DNA from: a virus | Direction: 5' to 3' (one strand) | IMG/VR virus record: IMGVR_UViG_3300050035_000066 | Coordinates: 4,477 to 68,476 of that record | DNA: 64,000 nucleotides | Part shown: piece by piece, positions 58,201 to 64,000 of the stretch | Layout of the letters: the number at the start of each line of letters is the position of its first letter | Position numbering within the stretch: the first letter of the stretch is position 1 | Translations under genes and position numbers: made by a program | The notes under the pieces: generated by a model | The model's input: only the letters and a program-made list of their open reading frames with translations | What the model was told of the DNA's origin: nothing | Databases searched by the model: none

Positions 58201-60944
58201 ATTGCAGGATGCAAACCGATCGGATTGATCTTGCGTTCACCCAGTTGTGGGTAGGCATCAACCAATCCGTTGTAGATATGAGCAAGTACAGATTGATCAG
58301 TGTGAACTGAGTGAGCAAAATCAAGTGAGTCTGCATCACGAGGAATGACTCTCAATCCTTCTTTGGATTGGAACCAAGAACGAATACCATCTCGTGAGTT
58401 GGCTTCCTTCGCTGGAGCCAAAGCAGAATACTTCACATCAGGAGAATTATTACCATTTACTGTGTGTTCATTGAGAGCCTCAACCTTGTTCCGCAGGTGC
58501 TGAACAAATAGGCCCATCTCTCCCAACTTATTCTTGGCGAGTTCTGTGTCTCCAGATGCAACTGCATCTCGAATCTTGGTGAGAAATCCAAGTGCCGAAT
58601 CCTTGGTACCAGTTTCCTGATCCAAGAATTTACCAGTCAGAATGTCTGAACTGACTTTACTTGTTGCAGTGCTCGTATCCTGATTCTCTTTGAGAGCTTC
58701 AAGCAAAGCTTTGCTGGTCTTGAGAGATTCAATCTGACGATCACTGAGACTAATTCGACCTTGTTCATCGTGATCCAAGATCGAATTGATATTGTCTACG
58801 TTGCCAGTCTCCGGAAGTACATCAGCACGGAGAACAGTCTCATTGACCTTATTCAATCCAGCAGGTGTGTTTACATCAACTTCGGTAATGGGAGCTTGAT
58901 CATCAGCAGTCTTTTTCAGGAGATCACGAACTTGACCAAGAGCAGCTTTGACTTCAGGAGCCTGTTCAATGTTGGCAGCGATTTTCTGATAGGCATCAAT
59001 GAGTTTGGTTCCATGAGCATCAGGATCCATTGAATCTCGAATTTCATTTGGAATCGTAGTGAAGGGTTTCATCTCCCCAATCAAATCATTGAGGTAACTG
59101 GCCATTCCAAGTTTCTTTGTTGGATCAGTTTCTGTGCTCACTGCATTAGCCAATCGAATAATGGCAGCAGGACGGTTAGGAGCATCATTCAGAATTTGAG
59201 CAATGTGGCCAACCTGTGGATCAGTTGGGTCATCTACTCCTTCAGCCTTGGGATCAAAAGCCATGGCCTTTTGGAAATCAGCAACATATTGAGTCGCTGA
59301 TTTGTTGTTATTGGAATCGGCTGCAACTGTGGCAGCATCACTCTCAGCATTTGTTTGAGCAACGGTGGCCTTAACGATTTGAGCAGGACCGGAAACAGGT
59401 GAAGCAGCATTGGCATCAGCAATTGCTTTATCTGAAGCACCAGAAACATTTTTCGAGAAGTGGTCTACTATCGAGACAGTTCCTTTGGCAGCCAGTCTGG
59501 CCATTGTCACAGGAGAACGGAGCGCAGCTTGAGCAAGTCCCATGCTTCCAGCAGTTGTAGCACCCAACACTATCCCTTTACCAGCTTCTTCCCCCAAGTT
59601 CTCAGTGAGGTCTTGGTTGGGGTCGATATTCTCTTTGACTGCGAGATTTCGAGAAAGCTGATTGGTGGTATTTTGAAGTCCCATTTCTACAGGTTCCTTC
59701 AACAAAACATTGGACAAGAATTTAGAAGGTGTGCTGAGTTCGGAAATTGGATGCTCTTGAATATGCGAGATACGAGCGGTAGCAGCAGCGAGGATTCCCT
59801 GCATCACTTCGGCTTTACGAGCAGTTTCTCCCGCCGTCTCTTCCTTGGCTTGCTGTTGAGCATCATCATCGGACAGGCCATTGGCGATGTTCTGCTTGTA
59901 CGCCGTCTGGTATACAGGTGAACTTTGCATCAAGTCAGCGTGGGAACGGGACAGGACATCGCCAACAACCTGTTGATAGCTTCCAGCACCCATCTGAACA
60001 CCTGATGAGATCATCGGGTTAACTGTCTCAGCAACTTTCAGGATGCGGGTTTGAGCAGCCAACTTGCCCATATTGGCTACTTGATCCGCATCTGTTGCAA
60101 CTCCTGTAGCTTGACCCAATAAAGCAGAGGCTCTCTCTGCATCAGTCAATGGAGCCAACACTTTAGCTGTCGTGCTGGCAGCAGCCCCAAGTCCAGCCGT
60201 AAGAGCATAGTTGATGGCAAACTGACCAGCATTTTCTATAGTCGCTTGTTCCAACAACATTGGATCCCCACCGATGCTTTCTGCACCTGTGAGAACCTGA
60301 CGACCAACATCTTTCAATCCAGCAATGAACTTACCATTTCCAGCAGCGAGATCAGCCTCATGTGCTGCCAAATCATGCTGATGATCATCGGCTGCTCTGG
60401 CTGCCTGAGCCAGTCGATGGGCATTGAGAGCATCAGACTGACCACTCTCAACCCATGAACTCAACTTGTTGGCTTTGTCAGCAATTTCAGCACCAGTTTG
60501 AGGTGCTACCAGACCAACACCAGCACCGGTTATACCAACAGCCGAGGAACCAACAAGACCAGCAGCACCCGAGAAGTTGTCCCAGACAGCTTCAGGAATC
60601 GATCGATTTGAGTTGATGTAGTGATCGTAGACACCCGATGCTTCAGTCAACTGATTCATGATGGCATCAGTTTGCTGATCCCCATACTTAGCCCTAAAGT
60701 CTATGGGCTGCATAGAGTTAAGATCGTTCTCAAGTTCACTTTCTGGTGCTTTCCCTGAACGTCGATTGGCCACCATCGCCATAAAATTGAGTGGGGCTGG
60801 ACCTTTTGTTTTACTGGGAGTTGGTGCAGGAGGGGGAGCAACAATGTTGGTTTCCCGAGCCACTGAAGGATCTTCGTTTCCAACTATTCCCTGAGAGGCA
60901 TTGTAGAGTCCGGAGACACGATCAAAATTGCTTAAATCAGACAT
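49254..60944 (-). CDS. Virion-encapsidated RNA polymerase (N4 gp50-like vRNAP)
   Basis: 3896 aa; SRVGRLHM...NPQASKLVRE, LYLEADGKTNGPINA (motif A), RTIAKSPLTITIYGSG (motif B), MPVFDG (motif C), HELVH; no Cys noticed. Confidence 0.97.
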   Translation of the reverse strand: MSDLSNFDRVSGLYNASQGIVGNEDPSVARETNIVAPPPAPTPSKTKGPAPLNFMAMVANRRSGKAPESELENDLNSMQPIDFRAKYGDQQTDAIMNQLTEASGVYDHYINSNRSIPEAVWDNFSGAAGLVGSSAVGITGAGVGLVAPQTGAEIADKANKLSSWVESGQSDALNAHRLAQAARAADDHQHDLAAHEADLAAGNGKFIAGLKDVGRQVLTGAESIGGDPMLLEQATIENAGQFAINYALTAGLGAAASTTAKVLAPLTDAERASALLGQATGVATDADQVANMGKLAAQTRILKVAETVNPMISSGVQMGAGSYQQVVGDVLSRSHADLMQSSPVYQTAYKQNIANGLSDDDAQQQAKEETAGETARKAEVMQGILAAATARISHIQEHPISELSTPSKFLSNVLLKEPVEMGLQNTTNQLSRNLAVKENIDPNQDLTENLGEEAGKGIVLGATTAGSMGLAQAALRSPVTMARLAAKGTVSIVDHFSKNVSGASDKAIADANAASPVSGPAQIVKATVAQTNAESDAATVAADSNNNKSATQYVADFQKAMAFDPKAEGVDDPTDPQVGHIAQILNDAPNRPAAIIRLANAVSTETDPTKKLGMASYLNDLIGEMKPFTTIPNEIRDSMDPDAHGTKLIDAYQKIAANIEQAPEVKAALGQVRDLLKKTADDQAPITEVDVNTPAGLNKVNETVLRADVLPETGNVDNINSILDHDEQGRISLSDRQIESLKTSKALLEALKENQDTSTATSKVSSDILTGKFLDQETGTKDSALGFLTKIRDAVASGDTELAKNKLGEMGLFVQHLRNKVEALNEHTVNGNNSPDVKYSALAPAKEANSRDGIRSWFQSKEGLRVIPRDADSLDFAHSVHTDQSVLAHIYNGLVDAYPQLGERKINPIGLHPAIADGTGTELAPKFKSGERKVADFSDQYQKQVADEQKQQDNLTNQNPESVVTKNIKKATAVQKAFNFKAGDETSDAEKAKWTEQAAKQSDKQAQRQLAKLDAIEERTPKQETRRQILSDRLTPKETPVEKPVVVEATPTPVKEEITPKVEKPIISTEHTLGKFERAPEQDKDGNPAYKTDVMEGDKKIASAIIELRDDGKTAFVRWVGLGSTVKEAIDAQREGKTAELGIKSIRPLMQQLKEQFPEVTKVTGDRIDDDGVIRKTQTLPIKPLTAATLDTKPVPAEPVKEVTTGGIKKLYPNLISVPGKVVNYFHEAFATQKNGEPTTRITGIDSPVEKVREVFSSSKSFKDFTGSTVKREMTDVLSKAYKALLAPIVEDPKGLQDRLKTKEGITAEEAAPLMNFGGLMITMRMNLDNFLQGKYKDTTKLNWLLTGRTTDNDNTINSFKNGKVLNLVEAHDDGAGGQIHSYNTHLLESAVMAGLHWFITVGHTTTKLRDDQMESIVGHEIFDDQLKNSLQSTTSVEDVKDGITNAIRQFWGLHTLKTADRAYADGIVEAMSSEVLRAMVNLHMLENQQVEIDPEIKQTVTRLVPGKELGELGKTLQDLSAYPGALADAVVIKPEQQFHFEDNKPQASKTQMGSDTKNSGRQLSAVEKANQTEYRPNLPQWNLYHALGMSSLLDFFGGGSDLSKVNTSHKVTLEGQNITVWTAAEHLTGLFSQMANRAQATGENVADMAQYFGHNMSRVGRLHMLGANNPQASKLVREILLPTWSKLDMTDPQHSLAFGLATAQALGLKVEKNSPEVNKVKTDALLAGPLAPVMKLLHTWVAQQGDGLHTLPEGTMGDKSAFAGELLGAYKQAVIDSKDDLGAMTPLALHALLENARLEQHADKSNFRTGLYLEADGKTNGPINAMVMLANGLFNTNWVRNVRKGGLVLGPKQIALHELSTEDMPDLYATTATGAQHYEYALIDKINSQDTATDGEKKALTNHMDALTRLTKRYLPGVGENDKGFLTLARTIAKSPLTITIYGSGENGIAGNLSNDLLTGLYSHMTEALQSGEKDPAKALFPKSDNPARDYTQLKDDLNQVFGQQLIFWKKESKYFLSNTNADRTPINAPFIKEIDPQNFKASPEHFKTLQSNMKTFLVKPLTAAISDTVGKDVLEASALIQKATNTHSIVYSEAVRAALRVALADRQANDKTYKPGGFLSEEQIDKAIDSVKNLAPLLQTDEQNLLIVKKAIYNEKSLQYNQALNGQYGTAPKVDVPGPVGVGGMPASVLGFGDGRMIQHILNKIHDGIMPVFDGLHMPLDKIKDYSKTANEAAMDVWQNSNPVESVRKAYFKMLGQQDAIHQLLANEYAEATQITEAPDFKGNKEQTLRDNMPLAQQLLRTPEVPNPDVIEMMEQEGGHTGMVNHIMRDIASTADNLNWTAASIDSRHEVLKEMGMSSDQMASAASPFHNGIEKGISEGMSDDAATDLLRDSYAAKMIEAQKKMEPIPAIDDHSKYQPEALKENVSSLDPISDTNFDQSGSDKVETLTPTEMQPNKEGGQSDGIKPVITKSPVSDAAGEEAARKILKGIGITDSKTGVQVIKSDDLPKLITRLKVGRELKTLLSQLQASKGIDDVTVVVGTHEQVQAHSTKFLGFDHIAERNDQGWGNKGELKGFFHENTRTLYLISPTAETLTHELVHAATIEKVRAYYNNEHVPPVIGDAISRVHDLMMQFYNKADDTNLGHSTEGVMQLWDVLNEKLQDRDYAGAANEFMAWGLTNPDVTSDLKATTATFMSRVKEAVINLIKKTIWQGRSVGVDNTVLSQLRFNALTIAHAAFRPSDVFRESTGIHYTADQDSHIADLRTNIDRVMHRDMDLQVEEATKRPGTDPKTERLAIKGRADITLARVIKQTTGAVQSAFTDMSDNETNTFSMLNAMFQTVRTLDPSVMNRMQEHYMNVLNHTKDFTAFMDPNLKEGTPEWERESNMAQAKYKILTGVDGAEEKGSILPTFMALSMTSKSFSDMLNKVPMPKTEKDTAGTLDAVLNNAGNGLMDWLSTTLSGDKRTTNVSDAMKVLTNHLIEKALDERTVLSMGADKFHRATDFADQKMVDLLTYASDAGKSLGERISNSPTKFGKIAGGIVSMVSSLISKKNGELAGDMLIHQLNNVEGLNRSLHALATEMIGRTQSSGKVYDMVKVIKTMSAQIRQNFRKRVPDLLNEKFDHTLTPELNQHMFHGWGKSDATSFMDTHSVEQLFELLSSPDKRADRVKELEAQVRTSDPKNFEIYQRKMKQLAGYMMGEGAGDNLLRNANAVAHLYNERGVTYRPTDFQKEGVVRRQELNVSKQTVQAIDHLTSLYALDHMTADRQKALSDVMKNKPEASKFMLTYLYNTRKGELAKVEGKLLENNHYKGFIPSIPEQGTSLIVDKDSEFGRLMGLGYHRIGDYKGSFLDSEKESRGYYYAPLSGKMAFSQGMVQNIDHTVSGIDSTWGFSTHNTAGRIVDETLVKRIADRAHLDKSMGENLMPLFNERGQVFAYERALDPVMAARREQSQDLSKMLGVWRGRQVEEHMATQMNHTLIDTLKDNYEEGINPASPMGNRKSEYINLFDGKITDAVQKDAIALFSPETRSYIKSKFGKEFMVRKELVDQVIGYRQPSLGDMWTGNTRWSPEVQRAVKDGLTSFLGIDAYKRVMQTETTIQGFMSNMRNNMIVKSITIPARIMMDNVRQLIQRGVPTLDIVQGIGAKLHEVHLYQQFRQKEMDFEADRWATTSPLEIHKINAKLQSIQDSYERMSIYPLIKHGDLNTIGELEDENEMKLSSGRVSEWLEQQIDKAPTAIQTPLKYAIVARDTSLYKGLERLMEYGDFIAKGIYYDHMTKREKISSEEALSKVSEEYVNFDWKAGRTRNYLDTMGITWFLAYKLRIAKIALSMMRDNPFGSLMTAFMPGLNETGSVIDDNIFGKILSGHLGYSLGPMNALKGLNMGPFWSLGGADY

Positions 60945-60989
60945 TTTTTATCCCCATCAAACTTATATTTGAGAATAACATAAGTGGGC

Positions 60990-61022
60990 AAAAAAATGAG
61001 GAAAGTTCTTTTGAACTTTCCC
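60990..61022 (-). terminator. Intrinsic terminator upstream of the vRNAP gene
   Basis: ggaaagttc tttt gaactttcc hairpin followed by a T-run on the minus strand. Confidence 0.6.
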
Positions 61023-61049
61023 CACTTTTTCTGAACAAAATTGGGGCGA

Positions 61050-63191
61050 TTAAAAGGGTCGTGGTGTATTGAGAATCTGAGAGATGATACTGGATGCCAT
61101 ACCTGGAGGTGCTTGTGTTGGTGCTGGTGCATGGATATCCAACGGATTCTTTCTGATGGCATCTGTCTCAGTCTGACCTTGAAAGGCATTGGCTAAACCA
61201 AGATTCTTTAAAGACTTTCCGTACTGATCCGCATATTTCTCTGGATTCAACGCATAGTTATCTCGGGCAGTCTTGTAATCGTTGAATGCCTTCTGGTAGT
61301 AGGTGTTTGATACGTTGGCATTTTGTAGAGCCAACTGATTTTTCATCATAGCATTCGCCTGTCCTACCAAAGTTGGATCAGTGATTTCTTTTGCTCGTTG
61401 CACAGCTTGATCCAAATCAACATGCCGTCCTTCAAAGGACATGATCTTGTTGTCATTTGCATTCACAGCATTGTGGAAGTCTCGTTTGATTGTGCTGGAC
61501 ATAAATTGATCATCATGAACCGAATTTGCAAGAGCCAAAGCTGCCTGATCGTAACTAAGATGAACTCGCGATTTAGCGATCAAAGCTGAGATGTTATTAG
61601 CCAGAGTTTGTGGATTTGCTCCAGTCAATCCTGACGTATTTGCAATTGCGAACTTGGCAGCCGACATCGCATCGTCACTGTTGGCAGCCATGTATTTTGC
61701 ATAGTTTGCAACCACTGGATTGTTGGCAGCCTGTTGAGAAGCGGCTGTGGCAGCAGTCAGTTGATTTGAAAGCGAATTGGCCTGCTTGTTCACCATGGCA
61801 TCGAGAGATATACCATTCTCACGACCGATAATAATTGGTCGAGCAACATCCCAGTCATAGCCACTCTTGGCAATGACGTTGATATCGTCTTTGTTCAGTG
61901 AATCCCACTGACCTTTCAACTTTTCAGGAGTGTTAGCGAAGTGTTCAAAATTGTATTTGGCCATGTCATCAGTGTTCTGGGGAGTCAGTTTGATTTGATC
62001 CCACGACTGAGCACCCTGAGCTTTGTACTTCTCAGGATTAGCATTAAACAGAGCCTGTGCTGCTGTGGTTCTAGTCGCATCATTCATCATGTACTGAGTC
62101 TGAGCAGAGGATCCAACCGCATTACCCTTCGCATCCAGAACATCATTTTTGTTTTGCTCTCGCATTGTTTTACCAAGTTCGAGAGACTGACCAACAGTGG
62201 TATTTGAATAACCACCCGCGGGAGCACTATAACTGTACTTACCCGGAGCATAAAGAGAATGCTCAGGATCGAGTTCTGCACCACCCGGACTACCCAGAGG
62301 ACCACGAGTCAAATCCTTATCCGAGTATTGACTTGGGAAGAGTGTTGGGTACTTTGCTGCATAATGATCCTGCAAGAGTTGTCTCACTCTTGGATCTTGT
62401 GTGTTCTGAACTGCATTGTAAATATCTTCAGTCTTCGGCAGTTGATCCAATTGACGAATGTTCGCATCTGCTGCAACTTGAGCACGAGCCTTAGCACCAG
62501 CTTCGATACTGTCGAAGAGTGCATTTGATGCAGTCGTAGGAGCAGCAAGACCATTTGTGAGTTGTGCACGAGCAGCAGCCTGTTGCTCGGGTGTCATAAT
62601 TTTGAATGTTGGATCCTGTTCCAACTTACTCAAGGCAAGTGGAACACCAGTAGCACCCTGGTGTGCCGGATCTGCAACAAGTCCATTGATAACTGGACCT
62701 AGTGCTTTATTGGCAGCATACTCAGCATTGCTTCGCTGATTTAGAATGGCGTCCTGAGCAGTCTTTGCTTGCTCAGCCGCAGTATCAGCCTGAGTATGAC
62801 CTGTCGTAGCCTGCACGTTCAATGTGTCAGCTTGAGTATGACCTGTCATGGCCTGCACATTCGATGTGTTGGCTTGAGTAAGGGAATTCTGAAGCATGTC
62901 TCCCACATTCTTGGGAAGACCTTCCAATACAGATTGATGGGCATATTGTCCGTTGGGTCCAATGAGTGAACCATCAGCCAAAGCTGCTTGAAGATCAGCA
63001 GGGTTCTGGTAGGTCAGCATCTTGTTGATGATGTCTCGATCGGCAATGTTTGCTCGTGCATCTTTGAAGTTCAAAAGTGAACCCTGTGCAGAGGTAAAGG
63101 CATTGTTCATTGCATCGGCTGCATTTCGCTGCAAGGCTCCGGCACCACTGAGATCAGGAGTTGCAACGTCACGCCATGTAAGAATCGACAT
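61050..63191 (-). CDS. Virion ejection protein (N4 gp51-like)
   Basis: LTWRDVATPDLSG N-terminus, Cys-free, SSA...YM...T lysozyme-like segment; synteny. Confidence 0.8.
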   Translation of the reverse strand: MSILTWRDVATPDLSGAGALQRNAADAMNNAFTSAQGSLLNFKDARANIADRDIINKMLTYQNPADLQAALADGSLIGPNGQYAHQSVLEGLPKNVGDMLQNSLTQANTSNVQAMTGHTQADTLNVQATTGHTQADTAAEQAKTAQDAILNQRSNAEYAANKALGPVINGLVADPAHQGATGVPLALSKLEQDPTFKIMTPEQQAAARAQLTNGLAAPTTASNALFDSIEAGAKARAQVAADANIRQLDQLPKTEDIYNAVQNTQDPRVRQLLQDHYAAKYPTLFPSQYSDKDLTRGPLGSPGGAELDPEHSLYAPGKYSYSAPAGGYSNTTVGQSLELGKTMREQNKNDVLDAKGNAVGSSAQTQYMMNDATRTTAAQALFNANPEKYKAQGAQSWDQIKLTPQNTDDMAKYNFEHFANTPEKLKGQWDSLNKDDINVIAKSGYDWDVARPIIIGRENGISLDAMVNKQANSLSNQLTAATAASQQAANNPVVANYAKYMAANSDDAMSAAKFAIANTSGLTGANPQTLANNISALIAKSRVHLSYDQAALALANSVHDDQFMSSTIKRDFHNAVNANDNKIMSFEGRHVDLDQAVQRAKEITDPTLVGQANAMMKNQLALQNANVSNTYYQKAFNDYKTARDNYALNPEKYADQYGKSLKNLGLANAFQGQTETDAIRKNPLDIHAPAPTQAPPGMASSIISQILNTPRPF

Positions 63192-63202
63192 TGTTTTACC
63201 TC

Positions 63203-63685
63203 TTATTTCAGGGTTGTGGGAGGAAGCTGATTGTCGTTGACGTAACTAGCCATCTTGGCAGAGTCCCAACCACCCACAGAGGCATCCATATTGGCTCGAT
63301 CAGTGAGTTGGGTGTTGTAGCTCTTGATCGAGTTCCCAAGATTGGCATTACCAACCTGCTTGGTGTAGTTCAACTGATCCGTAGCCAACTTGTTGGCATT
63401 GATCATGTTCCATATATTGGCAACAGTCTGAAGTCCAGACAAACCCAATTGAAGTGAGGGAATTGTCCCAAACTTATTTAGGGGGAGATTCCCTTGAGTC
63501 GTGGTCGAGGACAGAGGCAAATTCTGTATTGACTGTTGAGGAATAAACCCCATGGCAGATTGATCCTGTCCATAGCTGAGTAGTGAACTGGGGTCAAATC
63601 CAGATGATCCTGCACCGGGATTCATACCAGGCATGAAACTATCCCAACTCGGTTGCGATTGCTGTGGAAAGCTTAAACCACCCAT
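63203..63685 (-). CDS. Structural/ejection protein (N4 gp52-like)
   Basis: LGLSGLQT..NIW...NLGNSIKSYNTQL.DR motif. Confidence 0.8.
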   Translation of the reverse strand: MGGLSFPQQSQPSWDSFMPGMNPGAGSSGFDPSSLLSYGQDQSAMGFIPQQSIQNLPLSSTTTQGNLPLNKFGTIPSLQLGLSGLQTVANIWNMINANKLATDQLNYTKQVGNANLGNSIKSYNTQLTDRANMDASVGGWDSAKMASYVNDNQLPPTTLK

Positions 63686-63702
63686 GTCAGTGTCCCTCTA
63701 AG

Positions 63703-64000
63703 TTATGCTGGTAGTAGATCTAAGTTTAAGGTAAGATCTGTGAAGTTGGTGATCATCGACATGCTCAGATCGGCAATATCACTACCTGTCATGAGTGTCC
63801 TAGTTAAGAAAACACTAGATGGCTCCATTGTAACCTGATTATTGCTCGATACATCAGTTATTTGTCCCATATCTATGGGACCAATGGATGTTCCAAAATT
63901 GGTGGCCATCTGGTCTTCGATCGACTTCAGTTGATCATTGGTTTGCTTCTGGACATCAGTGATCTGGGTTTCAATCCCAGCAGTCACACCCTTGATACAT
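63703..64000 (-). CDS. N4 gp53-like protein, C-terminal part (partial)
   Basis: E....FLTRTLMTGSDIA.....I.NF..LTL C-terminal motif; runs off window end. Confidence 0.75.
   Translation of the reverse strand, partial: CIKGVTAGIETQITDVQKQTNDQLKSIEDQMATNFGTSIGPIDMGQITDVSSNNQVTMEPSSVFLTRTLMTGSDIADLSMSMITNFTDLTLNLDLLPA

Noticed and set aside
500-63457. Numerous antisense and overlapping ORFs in the six-frame track
   Set aside because: Shadows of well-supported genes; no RBS or recognisable motifs

Overview
This window is most of the genome of an N4-like phage (Schitoviridae architecture), circularly permuted. The minus-strand late block runs from terminase through tail, lysis and portal genes to a partial major capsid gene (1-13.9 kb). 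A probable genome-end region with a virion-RNAP hairpin promoter lies at ~14.0-14.95 kb. Plus-strand early and middle genes follow (15-49.2 kb): gp1- and gp2-like, two-subunit RNAP II, AAA/vWA pair, dCTP deaminase, rIIA/rIIB, helicase, split family-A DNA polymerase, primase, SSB and resolvase. The 3896-aa virion RNA polymerase and ejection/structural genes are on the minus strand (49.25-64 kb). Main unusual signals: (1) two Cys-rich tail-fibre-like proteins and a beta-strand-rich lysis-cassette protein carry Sec-type signal peptides, while the virion tail-appendage anchor is only 160 aa, suggesting exported receptor-binding proteins; (2) a promoter-linked candidate sRNA with anti-Shine-Dalgarno loops; (3) a peptide ORF followed by a 13-nt complement of the 16S rRNA 3' end and long hairpins; (4) a DNA polymerase split between catalytic motifs; (5) a tRNA-like gene with a shortened anticodon arm; (6) gene relics (Tad2-like, baseplate-hub-like). 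All family calls come from recognised motifs and synteny, not from database searches.
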